Shown here piece by piece: positions 49,577-59,646 of a stretch of DNA of 64,000 nt. Position 1 is the stretch's first letter. Each line of letters opens with the position of its first letter. The DNA comes from an uncultured Actinomycetes bacterium. GTDB taxonomy: Bacteria > Actinomycetota > Acidimicrobiia > Acidimicrobiales > Ilumatobacteraceae. The notes beneath the pieces are model-generated. The model ran no database searches and was not told the DNA's origin. It saw nothing but the letters and a program-made list of their open reading frames with translations. Location of the stretch: contig CAWKBX010000009.1 of the NCBI GenBank assembly GCA_963847945.1, positions 583,915 through 647,914 on the forward strand. The letters run 5' to 3'. A program made the position numbers and the translations under genes.

Positions 49577-50783
49577 GCCGTGGGTCGCGGCAGCGCCGAA
49601 CACGATCGGGTAGCGACCGAAGTATGGGCGGGTCGTCGACTCGTCGAGTTCCGGCGGGTCGCTCGGGTCGGGACGTGCGCCGTGGTCGAAGATCGCCTGC
49701 ACGGCCTGAGGGACCAGGCCGAAGAGGTGGGCGTCCATCGAACCGCTCTCATCTCCGTCAAAGGCGACACCCGAGGCGAGGTCTTGGCCGATACAGGCGT
49801 GCATCCCCGACCCGTACGACAGCCCCCAGGGTGCCACGCCGTGGGGCATCAGTCGATGCGGGTTGAACTCGGTCTGCATCGTCGCCGAACACTCGTGGTA
49901 TCGCGGTTGACCGACAACAGGTCGATGACCAGCTTGTCGCCCTTCGGGAATCGCGCGACCCGACTGCAGCTGCACATCGCTCAACGCCCAGCGCATCGCC
50001 GTCGGGCTCGACGGTTGCAGGCGGATCGTCTCGTGGGTGCAGCGCTGCACGAACAGCCGATCGGCGGCGCACCCGCTCGGCGTCTTCGGGGTGGACTTCG
50101 AGCCACTTGAAGATGTTGTGCGATCACCCGGGTGAAGGCGGTCGCCGAAGTGTGCGCCCCGGCCAGTAGGTAGAAGCGCGATCTCGCGGACGATCACCTC
50201 GGCCGAGAGGTCGAGGTTGTCGTTGTTGGCCAACAGCACGCTGAGCACGTCGTGCGGGGCATCGCCGCGGCCAAGGCTCGGCGGCGGGCGATCGACGGCT
50301 GGACGAACTCGTCGTCGAAGGCGGCGAGCTTCTCGGCGACCTCGGCCCGCTTGGCGTCGCGGTCGCCGGTGTAGTGGGCCAGCGTGGCCCCTCGATGAAC
50401 CGCATCAGGTAGTCGTAGAGCCGGAACGTCTCGGCGGGCGTACCGAGGGGACGATCGACTCCGGCGGTTTGGGCGGCCAGGTTCATCATCATCTGGTGGC
50501 CGAGTTTGACCAGTTCAGCCCGGCCATTGGCGACGTGCGGTGCGATCGTCTCGGCGATCACCGGCGGGAAGAGGTCGCGTTCGTAGACGTTGACGACCGA
50601 GCGGCTGAACAGGCGGTTCTCGAGCCGCCGCCGGGCCCGGTGATCGTCACCGTGGAGGTTGACAAGCACATCGGCCATGATCACCTCGCCGGCGTCATAC
50701 AGCGCCTGGCGCAGGTCTTTCTGGCGGTACGCGTCGCGGGCCTCGTCGTAGCCCGTGATGGTGTGGATGGTCGGCTGGCTCAT
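49577..50783 (-). pseudogene. cytochrome P450 (paralog of 53963..55153), at least 4 frameshifts; no stop before the downstream amidohydrolase-2 start
   Basis: N-terminus (50124..50783) and C-terminus with ExxR (HETIRLQP) and the heme loop FGSGMHACIGQ (within 48608..50248) lie in different frames. The middle region aligns to the intact paralog only piecewise. Confidence 0.7.
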
Positions 50784-50813
50784 GATCCCTGACTCCTTCC
50801 CCGACTGGCGAGC

Positions 50814-51578
50814 CTATGCATTCGTCACGCCAAGGGCGAGGCCACCGTCGACGGTGACGATGCCACCGGTGGTCCACTCGGCACATGCAACGTATTCGAC
50901 GGCTTCGGCGATCTCGACGACCGTGCCGATCCGTCCGAGGGCATGAGCACCGGCCAAACCCTGCAACCGGGCGAGCGCGGTCTCGTCGTCAAAGAGACCG
51001 GCGCGTTGGTTGATCTCGCTGAACACCGCACCGGGCCGGATGCACGACACACGCACCCCCTGCGGCCCCAACTCGGCGGCGAGCACCCCGGTCAGCGTCT
51101 CGATCGCCCCCTTCGTCGCCGCATACGGCGAGGCCCCGGGGAACGCCCGCTGCGAATGGACCGACCCCATGAACACGACCGCCCCGGCCGCCTCGACGAG
51201 ATGGGGCAGCGCGGCCTGGGTCAGCATCATTGCGCCAATCACGTTGGAGTCGAAGACCCTGCGCAACTCGGCCTCGTCGAGTTCGGCGAGCGGGCCGCGG
51301 TACATGTTCCCGGCATTGTTGACGAGCACATCGAGACGACCGCCCCCGTGTTCGACGGCGGCGGCGACCATCGCCCGACGATCGGCGTTGACCGTCACGT
51401 CGCCGGTGACCGCGCAGCACGCGTCGCCGATCTCCGTGGCGACCGCGGCCAACTTGTGCGCTCGTCGTCCCGAGATGGTCACCCGTGCACCGCGAGCGGC
51501 GAAGTGTTCAGCGATCCCCGCGCCAAGACCCGATCCCCCACCGGTCACCAGGACCGACATGCCCCCGATCGGCCTCAT
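50814..51578 (-). CDS. SDR family oxidoreductase
   Basis: VTGGGSGLG, NNAG, SxxxxxxxxxxxxYxxxK. Confidence 0.85.
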   Translation of the reverse strand: MRPIGGMSVLVTGGGSGLGAGIAEHFAARGARVTISGRRAHKLAAVATEIGDACCAVTGDVTVNADRRAMVAAAVEHGGGRLDVLVNNAGNMYRGPLAELDEAELRRVFDSNVIGAMMLTQAALPHLVEAAGAVVFMGSVHSQRAFPGASPYAATKGAIETLTGVLAAELGPQGVRVSCIRPGAVFSEINQRAGLFDDETALARLQGLAGAHALGRIGTVVEIAEAVEYVACAEWTTGGIVTVDGGLALGVTNA

Positions 51579-52318
51579 CGCGCTGCCGACCCATCCACCG
51601 ACGCCGGCCGCGGCAGGTGGGCGATCACCGAGCCAGTCACGCCGCCGTCGACGAGGATGTTCTGCCCGGTGATGTACGCAGCATCATCGGAGGCGAGGAA
51701 CAGCACGGTTCGGGCGATGTCGTCACCCGTGCCCAGCCGCCCGAGGGGGACCTTCGATTCGCGGGCCGCGCGGATGGCCTCGTCGGCGTAGATCGGGGCC
51801 GACATCCCGGCGTCGATCAGCCCGGGAGCGACCGCGTTGACCCGGATGCCGTGCGGCCCCCACTCCAACGCCATCTGGGCGGTGAGCAACGCGACCGCAG
51901 CCTTCGTCGCCCCGTACGCGCCGGCGCGGGGCCCCGCGACGACGCCATTGATCGAGGTCACGTTGACAATCACGCCCGGTGTTCCGGCCGCGATCCACCG
52001 TTGAGCGACTGCTTGGGCCATCAGAAACGTGCCGGTGAGATTGACGTCGACGACGGCCTGCCAGTCGGCCAGCGACAACTCGGCCAATGCCCCGAACCGC
52101 ACGATGCCGGCGTTGTTGACGATGACGTCGGGGGTGCCGAAGTCATCGAGCGCGGCCTCAATGGCCCCCCGGTCGGTGACGGAACCAACATACGACTCGC
52201 AATCGACCGCGGGCTGCACGTCGAACACGCCGACTCGGTAGCCGGCTTGCCGCGCGGCCTTGGCGATTGCCGCACCGAGCCCGTTCGCGGCCCCGGTGAC
52301 CAGTATCGATCGACTCAT
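51575..52318 (-). CDS. SDR family oxidoreductase
   Basis: VTGAANGLG, NNAG, YGATK; 4-nt overlap with the downstream SDR. Confidence 0.85.
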   Translation of the reverse strand: MSRSILVTGAANGLGAAIAKAARQAGYRVGVFDVQPAVDCESYVGSVTDRGAIEAALDDFGTPDVIVNNAGIVRFGALAELSLADWQAVVDVNLTGTFLMAQAVAQRWIAAGTPGVIVNVTSINGVVAGPRAGAYGATKAAVALLTAQMALEWGPHGIRVNAVAPGLIDAGMSAPIYADEAIRAARESKVPLGRLGTGDDIARTVLFLASDDAAYITGQNILVDGGVTGSVIAHLPRPASVDGSAAR

Positions 52319-52327
52319 CAGGGCGGC

Positions 52328-53473
52328 TCAGACAAGCGAGGCGTAGACGGCCGATTCGAACGCTTCGAGTTCGGCGGTCACCGTGGGGTCTTGGAACGGG
52401 AACAACTGGGTGGCCCACACGCCGACGACCCGCTTGGTCGGGTCGATCCAGTAGTAGCTGTTGGCCAACCCGGCCCAGGCGAGGCTGCCCGCCGGGCGAC
52501 CCTGCGGGGTATCGGCCATGTTGAGCAGGAACGACAGGCCCCAGCCCTTGGGGGTCCCCGGCAGCACGTCGAGGTCGTGCGCCAGCGGGGTGGCGGTCGC
52601 CAAGGTCGGAATCTGGACGTCACCCAACTGGTTGCGACCCATCTCGGCCACGGTCTCGGGTCGCAGAATCTGCTGACCGCCAGCCGTCCCACCGTCCATG
52701 ATCATCTGGGCGAACTTGGCGTAGTCGCCGACCGTCGAGAGCAGGCCACCGCCGCCCATCTCGAACTCGGGGCTCGGCGCGGCGGGCAACTCCATCGGAA
52801 CTATGCCGTCGGGCAACCGGAGGTGCAGGCTGGCGGCGCGGGCCGCCATGTCGGCAGTCGGGGCGAACCCGGTCGATGTCATGCCGAGCGGCCCGAAGAG
52901 GTGTTCGGCGCAGTACGCGCCGAGGGTCTGACCGGTAACCGTCTCGACCAGCAGACCAGCCCAGTCGATGCCGATGCCGTACTCCCAGGCTGTCCCCGGG
53001 TCGAACATCAGCGGCAACTTCAAGCCCGCCTTCTCGAGGGAGAAGATCGACGGAATCCCGAGCGCCTCAATCGCCGCCCCAAGCTCTGCGTCCCACAGGT
53101 CATAACCGAACCCGGAGGTGTGGGTGAGCAGATGACGCAGCGTGACCGGGCTCTTCGGGGCCCGGAGCTTCGGCTTCCCGTCGTTGTCGACACCGTCGAG
53201 TACCTGCACCTCGTTCAACCAATCGATGTAGATGCCGGCGGGAGCATCAAGGTCGAGCGCGCCGCGCTCCACCTGTTGCATTGCCGCCGCGCCGGTCACG
53301 GCCTTGGTCATCGAGAAAATGCCCAACACGGTGTCGGCCGTCATCGGGACATCGCCACCGACCTGGCGCACACCGGCCGCCCCTTCGTAGACGACTTCGC
53401 CATCGACGAGGACCGTGGCGGCGACGCCGGGGAGCTCGGTGGCCCGCAACAGCGCATCAAGAGAGGAATTCAT
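52328..53473 (-). CDS. serine hydrolase (class C beta-lactamase/esterase family)
   Basis: S-x-x-K nucleophile motif FSMTKAV and a YxN-like region. Confidence 0.8.
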   Translation of the reverse strand: MNSSLDALLRATELPGVAATVLVDGEVVYEGAAGVRQVGGDVPMTADTVLGIFSMTKAVTGAAAMQQVERGALDLDAPAGIYIDWLNEVQVLDGVDNDGKPKLRAPKSPVTLRHLLTHTSGFGYDLWDAELGAAIEALGIPSIFSLEKAGLKLPLMFDPGTAWEYGIGIDWAGLLVETVTGQTLGAYCAEHLFGPLGMTSTGFAPTADMAARAASLHLRLPDGIVPMELPAAPSPEFEMGGGGLLSTVGDYAKFAQMIMDGGTAGGQQILRPETVAEMGRNQLGDVQIPTLATATPLAHDLDVLPGTPKGWGLSFLLNMADTPQGRPAGSLAWAGLANSYYWIDPTKRVVGVWATQLFPFQDPTVTAELEAFESAVYASLV

Positions 53474-53535
53474 TCCCGGACACTACTCACGGTTGACCGA
53501 GGCGCATTTCAGCGGACCACGAACAATTACCCTGC

Positions 53536-53940
53536 TTGTTTGTGGCAACGAGCCGAGAAGTTTCCAACCCGGTCGAGCGGCTTCGGACGATCTGTCTGGC
53601 GTTCCCCGAGGTCACCGAACGGATCAGCCACGGCGAACCTGCGTGGTTCGTCGGGGGCAAGAAAACCCTGGCCACCCTGGACGATCATCATCACGGAGCC
53701 GACCACCTCTCGTTCTGGACCCCGGCCCCACCCGGTGTGCAGGCCGAGATGATCGAGGAAGATCCCGAACAGTTCTTCCGCCCGCCCTACGTCGGCGGCC
53801 GCGGCTGGATCGGCGTCAGAATCGATCGGGATCCCGACTGGGACGAGATCGCCGCCATCCTCCTCGACGCCTACCGTCTGGTCGCCCCGAAGAAACTGCT
53901 TGCCGTGCTGCCCCCGAACTCGGCGTCGCTTCTCGATTGA
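53536..53940 (+). CDS. MmcQ/YjbR family DNA-binding protein
   Basis: Size and a conserved N-terminal pattern (ICLAFPEVTERISHGEPAWFVGGKK). Confidence 0.55.
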   Translation: MFVATSREVSNPVERLRTICLAFPEVTERISHGEPAWFVGGKKTLATLDDHHHGADHLSFWTPAPPGVQAEMIEEDPEQFFRPPYVGGRGWIGVRIDRDPDWDEIAAILLDAYRLVAPKKLLAVLPPNSASLLD

Positions 53941-53962
53941 GCCGCGAGTCGCCGCGACCAGA

Positions 53963-55153
53963 TCAACCGAGGGCGACCCAGTAGGAGCTGAAGTTCGGCC
54001 GGGTGGTGTGGATGTCCCGCTCGGGCAGACGGTCAGGGTGGGGGCGGGCGCCGTGGGCGAACAGGCGGGCGGCCATCGCCACGATGGCGCCGAAGACATG
54101 CACGTCGTCATCGACGGTCTCGCTGGTCGGCATGCCTCCGGCGAGGGCTTGCCCGAGGCAGGCGTGGGTGCCGCTCCCGAAGCTGAGGCCCCATGGGGCC
54201 ACCCGCGGCGGCAACCGACGGCCGGGGATGAAGTCGGCGGCATCCGCTCCGAACACCGCCGGATCACGGTTGGCGTCCGACATCGCCAGGGTCAGCTCAT
54301 CGCCGACCTCCAGCGTCCGGCCCGACGACAATGTGAGCCGCGAGACGGCTCGACGGCGGGCTTCGGGGCTCGCCGGGTGCAGGCGCAGCGATTCGTGGAC
54401 ACACGCCGCCAGCCACTGCGGGTCGGTCGTCAGCCCGATATCAGATGGATGGCGAGCGAGCCAACCGAAGATCTCGTCCATCGCGAAGACGAACTCGATG
54501 GAGGTGGAATGGGCCCCCACCCAGGGATAGTACGCCGCTTCACGCAACACATCGTCATACGGCAGGTCGAGACGGTCCTGGTTGCGGAGCAACACCGTCA
54601 GCACGTCGCGGGGCGTTTCGGCTTCCGTCACCGCACCCGTTTCGAGGGCGGCCAGCGCGGCCAGTCGGCGGTCGCGCGATGGACCAAAGAACCGGCTCTC
54701 GAACTCGGCGAGCGCCGCGTTCCCATCGGCAACCACGGCGTCGGCCGGCAACATCGAGTGGACGACGATCGATGCCACCGCCATCCGGTTCATCAGCGCG
54801 GCGAACTCGGCGAGGGTCGCCGGTGAGTCATCGGGCAGGTCGATGCCGGCGACGCGCCGTGAGACCGTCATCATCGCCGAGCGGGCCATAGGCAGCAGGT
54901 CGACCTCGCCGGCGACCAGCGACGGCTGCAACACCGCGTCGATCGTCGGGGCAACCAATGATCGCTCCCAAGCGGCAAACACGTCGCGCCGGAAGAGCCG
55001 GTTCTCCAACCGCCGTCGATCGCGATGCTCGTCGCCATGGAGGTTGACGATCACCGGGCCCATCAGCGCCGCTCCGGCGTCGTACAGCGCCTGGCGCAGC
55101 TCTCGCGCTCGCAGCGCCTCGGCGACTTCGGCATACGACTCCAGCAGAATCAC
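53963..55153 (-). CDS. cytochrome P450 (intact copy)
   Basis: ExxR (HESLRLHP) and heme loop FGSGTHACLGQ; GTG start overlapping the stop of the ThuA-like gene; 397 aa. Confidence 0.85.
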   Translation of the reverse strand: MILLESYAEVAEALRARELRQALYDAGAALMGPVIVNLHGDEHRDRRRLENRLFRRDVFAAWERSLVAPTIDAVLQPSLVAGEVDLLPMARSAMMTVSRRVAGIDLPDDSPATLAEFAALMNRMAVASIVVHSMLPADAVVADGNAALAEFESRFFGPSRDRRLAALAALETGAVTEAETPRDVLTVLLRNQDRLDLPYDDVLREAAYYPWVGAHSTSIEFVFAMDEIFGWLARHPSDIGLTTDPQWLAACVHESLRLHPASPEARRRAVSRLTLSSGRTLEVGDELTLAMSDANRDPAVFGADAADFIPGRRLPPRVAPWGLSFGSGTHACLGQALAGGMPTSETVDDDVHVFGAIVAMAARLFAHGARPHPDRLPERDIHTTRPNFSSYWVALG

Positions 55154-55824
55154 AATGCGATCAACCAGTCGACGATTCGCCCGAGCAGCGCCCGGTGACC
55201 GGGATGTTCCAACGACCGTTGGTCGTGACCGAGTGAGCTGTACGCCACTCGGGCCGCAGTGGAATGATTCCGCCAAGCGACCGGGTGCGCGACGGAGGCA
55301 TCGTCGGTCGCTGTCGCCAGGACCGCGGCCCCAAGAGACGGGGTGACATAGCGGTACAACTCGTCGACCACGTCGATTGGGGAGAGTCCGTCGACCACTG
55401 AGTCGTCGGTGAAGATCACCGTGAACTGGCCGGGGGGCGGGTGGTTCGATCGCTCCCAACTCCAGGCCGCGCCCAACACCGAGACCCACTCGGGCCAGTC
55501 GTCGAAACACAACGCTGCGGTGTGCATTCCCAACAATGGACGTCCGTCCGCGAGATGGCGCTGCACCGCGACCCGAAAGGCCAAGGGCGTCGTCAATGCG
55601 AACTTCGCCCGCTGGTCGGGCGTGTACCGGGCATCGAGCATTTGGAACATGCAGGCGTGAACGACGAGTAGATCGAACGACCGGCCGGCCAACGCAGTCG
55701 TCGCGTCGTCCAACGAGGTGACCGTATCCACCGTGAACCCGAGCGAGGCCAATGCGGCTGCTGTGGGAGGGCCGGTTTGTTCGGCTGGATGGGCCCATCC
55801 TCCAACCAGCAGCAACGCTCGCAT
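55150..55824 (-). CDS. ThuA-like / class I glutamine amidotransferase-like domain protein
   Basis: Start taken at MRALLLVGGWAHP; a ThuA-type fold is suspected. Confidence 0.45.
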   Translation of the reverse strand: MRALLLVGGWAHPAEQTGPPTAAALASLGFTVDTVTSLDDATTALAGRSFDLLVVHACMFQMLDARYTPDQRAKFALTTPLAFRVAVQRHLADGRPLLGMHTAALCFDDWPEWVSVLGAAWSWERSNHPPPGQFTVIFTDDSVVDGLSPIDVVDELYRYVTPSLGAAVLATATDDASVAHPVAWRNHSTAARVAYSSLGHDQRSLEHPGHRALLGRIVDWLIAL

Positions 55825-55921
55825 CTGCGGAATCGTAGACAGCAACTCGCCGTCCAGCCGTCGAGGAGCGGCGCGGGTCGCGATACTCTCCGCCCGGGGA
55901 AGACACGTGAAGGGGTACGCA

Positions 55922-58242
55922 ATGGCATCGATGGTTGGCTCAGTGGTCGTTCGCAAAGAAGACCCGAACCTGCTCACCGGACGCGGCAAATACACCGATG
56001 ACCTGGTGCTCAGCGGCATGGCTCACGCCGCCTTCCACCGCTCGTCGGAAGCTCACGCCGACATCGTCAGGGTCGACACCACCGAGGCCCGAGCCATGCC
56101 GGGCGTGATCGGAGTGTGGACGGCGGCCGACCTTGCCGACATGCCCAACCTGCCGTCGGTGCCGATCCCCGGGCTGGAGCGGCCCTGTCTGGCCATCGAC
56201 CGGGTGCGGTTCGTTGGTGAGATGATCGCCGTCGTCGTGGCCAACACCCGCTATCAGGCCGCCGATGCCGCCGCGGCGATCGAGGTCGAATACGCCACGC
56301 TGCCGGTCGTCGCCACGCTCGAACAGGCGATGGCCGGGGCCGAGGCGATCTGGCCGGCGATGGGCGGCAACGCCGTGCCGCTCGTGCCGATGGACGACGA
56401 GGGTGCCGAGGCCGCGCTCGCCGGGTGCGCCAACCGGTTCACCCTGCAACTGCGCAACACCCGCTGCGCCCCCGTCCCGATGGAAACCGGTGCCTACCTG
56501 GCCGATTGGGGCCCGGCCGGGCTGACCATGTGGCTCAGCACCCAGGGCGCCCATGCGGTACGCAACACCGTTGCCGCCACCTTCGGCCTCGGTCATCACG
56601 AATGCCGGATCGTCACCCCCGAGGTCGGCGGCGGGTTCGGGGCGAAGGTGCCGTGGTACCCCGAGCATTTCCTCATCCCGTTGATGTCGAAGCTCACCGG
56701 ACGACCGGTGAAGTACTCCGAGACCCGCACCGAGAACATGCTGGCGATGGTGCATGGCCGCGATCAGATCGAGCAGATCGAGGTCGGCTGCGACGATGAC
56801 GGCAAGGTCCACGTGCTCAAGGTGCAGATCAACTCGAACGTTGGTTCCTACGCCGACCCGACCGGGTTCGGCCTGGCGATGCTCACCTCGTGGATGTCGG
56901 GCGGCATTTACGACATCGGTCAGATCTACGCCGGGATCACCGACTGGTTCACCAACCAGATGTCGCTCGCCGCGTACCGCGGCGCGGGCGGCCCGAATCG
57001 TCGTTCCTCATCGAACGGACGATGGATCTGATCGCCGACGAACTGGGTCTCGACCCGCTCGCCGTGCGCCGCCGCAACATGCTGCAACCCGACCAGTTCC
57101 CGTTCACCGTCGCCCACACCGGCGGGTTCGTCAACTACGACAGCGGCGACTATCCCCAGCAACTCGACAAGCTGATGACCCTCATCGACATCTCTGCTTT
57201 GCAGGCCGACCAGGCCGCTCGATTGGCCGATCCGAGCGCCAAACTGCTCGGCATCGGGTTCTCGACGTGGTTGGAGATCGCCGGATTCGGGCCGCGTGGT
57301 TCGCTGGAAGGCTTCGGCCATCTCGGCTCATGGGAGTCGGCTCGTCTGCGAGTACTCCCCGACGGTTCGTGTCACATCACCACCGGCATCTCCCCCCACG
57401 GCCAGGGCACCTACACGATGCTCTCGCAGATCGCCTCCGAGGTGACGGGTATCGATTTCGACAAGATCACTGTGTTCCACGGCGACACCGACGTCGTCCC
57501 GCAGGGCATCGGCACGATGGGGTCACGGGCCACCCCCGTCGCCGGGTCGGCCGTGTGGACGTCGGCCCAGGTGATCGTCGACCGCGCCCGCAAGATCGCC
57601 GCCCACATGCTCGAGGCCGCCGAGGAAGACATCGTGATCGTGGATGGTGCGTTCCAGGTGGCCGGCTCGCCCGACCGCACCAAGTCGTGGGCCGAGATCG
57701 GCACCGCCGGGTTCCAGGGCGCATCGTTGCCCGAAGGCATGAAGATCGGGGCCCTCGAAGAGCTGACCCACTTCGAACCGTCGAACTTCACGTTCCCCAG
57801 CGGGGCGTACTGCGCGATCGTCGAGATCGACCGCGAGACCGGCGAGGTCGTCGTGCAGCGGTTCGTCGCCGTCGACGATTGCGGCGTGATCATCAACCCG
57901 GCCAACGCGGCCGGCCAGGTGATGGGCGGCGTCGCCCAGGGGATCGCCCAGGCGCTGTACGAATCGGTGGAATACGACCCGTCGTCGGGACAGCCGCGCA
58001 CCGCCACGCTGATGGACTACCTGGTGCCGTCGGCCGCCGAGTTCCCGATGTTCGAACTTGACCACACCGTCACCCCCACGCCATCGAACCCGCTGGGGGC
58101 CAAGGGCCTCGGCGAGTCGGGTGCGGTGGGCGCCACCCCGGCCGTAGTCAACGCCGTGGTCGACGCGCTCAGCCACCTGGGCGTCCGCGATGTCTCGATG
58201 CCGATCACCCCCGAGAAGGTCTGGCGTCTCCTCAACGCCTGA
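55922..58242 (+). CDS. xanthine dehydrogenase / CoxL-family molybdopterin-binding large subunit; one frameshift near 56990
   Basis: Aldehyde oxidase/xanthine dehydrogenase a/b-hammerhead and MoCo-binding domains (GGGFGAK, VDDCGVIINP). The reading frame switches between ORFs 55718..57031 and 56890..58242. No FAD or Fe-S subunit genes adjacent. Confidence 0.8.
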
Positions 58243-58244
58243 TC

Positions 58245-58913
58245 ATGCGCGTCACCCTGAGTTTCGACAACGGCCCGACGCCGGGCGTGACCGATGCCGT
58301 GCTCGACATGCTGGGCGAACGTGGGTTGCACGCCTGGCTTTTCGTGGTTGGGGCGCGCCTCGCCGACCATCGCCATCTCGCCGAGCGGGCTCATCGCGAG
58401 GGACACCTGATCGGCAATCACACCTTCAGCCACACCGTCCCGCTGGGCGAACGACCGGGCGACGAGGCGATCGCCGAAGTCGTGCAGACCGAGGCATTGA
58501 TCGGCGACCTGGCCACCAGTCCGCCGACGTTCCGACCATTCGGCCGGGGCGGGGCGATCGGTCCCCACCTCGTCGGGCAACCGGCCGCTGATCACCTGGT
58601 GGAGCACGGGTACACCATGGCGCTGTGGAACAACGTCCCCGGCGACTGGCACGACGCCGGCTGGGTGGAAACATGTCTGACCACTCTGGCCACGCAGGAC
58701 TGGTCGGTCGTCGTTCTCCATGACATCGCCGACGCGTGTCTCACCCGGTTGCCGGAGTTCCTCGACTACCTCGCCGAGCTACATGCCGACATCACTCTTG
58801 AACTCCCGATCGCTTGCTGCCCGATCAACGCCGGCGACCCAATGGCGCGACAACCCATCGTGACGGCGGTGAGACGTCCCAAATCAAGACCCGACCAGGT
58901 GTCGAGCAAATAG
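58245..58913 (+). CDS. polysaccharide deacetylase (NodB homology domain)
   Basis: TLSFDNGP (TFDDGP-like) and a His-containing motif 2 (GNHTFSH). Confidence 0.75.
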   Translation: MRVTLSFDNGPTPGVTDAVLDMLGERGLHAWLFVVGARLADHRHLAERAHREGHLIGNHTFSHTVPLGERPGDEAIAEVVQTEALIGDLATSPPTFRPFGRGGAIGPHLVGQPAADHLVEHGYTMALWNNVPGDWHDAGWVETCLTTLATQDWSVVVLHDIADACLTRLPEFLDYLAELHADITLELPIACCPINAGDPMARQPIVTAVRRPKSRPDQVSSK

Positions 58914-59046
58914 CCGAGCAGCCCGCCCTGATTCGTCAAGCCCATTCGCCCGGAAACCCCTACCCTTTCGCCGCATAGACGCTTAACGTGTTTCTGCAAC
59001 ACCACGGGTGAAGTTAGCCTCGCAGTAGAGGGGAAAGCAGGACATC

Positions 59047-59646
59047 GTGTCAACAACGGCTCAAGACGACGCGACCAGTGTTCCTTCGTGGGTGCTGGTA
59101 CCCCCGCACTCACCTCGACGTACCAACCATCCGCCTTCGCTGCCTGCGCCGCTACCCCCACCGCCGCCTCTGGCCCCACCGGTGGTCATCGCCAACCTGG
59201 TGACTCCGCCGCTGACCGCCAACTCTTCGGCCTCGGCTCTACGGCCACCGAAGGCCGCTCGCCCCGACCTGGACAATGAGATCCGCGTGCTCTTGGCGAA
59301 GTCGCACGAGAAGGCCCAACGCGAGCAGGCCGAGCGGCGGGAAGTCGACACCTGGGTGGTCGCCGTGGTCTCGCGTCTCGACGACTTCGAACGCGATCGC
59401 CAACTTCTTGCCGAACGCACCGAAGCCCTGGAAAACCGCTTGGGCCACGTTGAACACGTCGCCTCGGAACAAACGCGGGCCGCCGAGGCGTTGGCATTCG
59501 AATTCGACGACCGAATGACCGCCGTCGAACGTCGACAGGCACGTCGGCGGGCGTTCAGTTGGTGGACGGGCGCCGCCGAACCGTCGGCCAGCCGGACAAC
59601 TTCGATCAGCCCGACAACACCGATCAGTCCGGCGATTCCGGACTGA
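59047..59646 (+). CDS. hypothetical Pro-rich / coiled-coil protein
   Basis: ORF with a proline-rich N-terminus and a charged heptad-like middle; overlaps the livM 3' end by 22 nt; low support. Confidence 0.3.
   Translation: MSTTAQDDATSVPSWVLVPPHSPRRTNHPPSLPAPLPPPPPLAPPVVIANLVTPPLTANSSASALRPPKAARPDLDNEIRVLLAKSHEKAQREQAERREVDTWVVAVVSRLDDFERDRQLLAERTEALENRLGHVEHVASEQTRAAEALAFEFDDRMTAVERRQARRRAFSWWTGAAEPSASRTTSISPTTPISPAIPD

Noticed and set aside
49560-49600. P450 reading in frame into the amidohydrolase-2 considered as a natural P450-amidohydrolase fusion protein
   Set aside because: The intact paralog ends ...SYWVALG-stop at the equivalent position, and both fused partners carry other frameshifts. 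Loss of the stop by an indel is more parsimonious than a genuine fusion.
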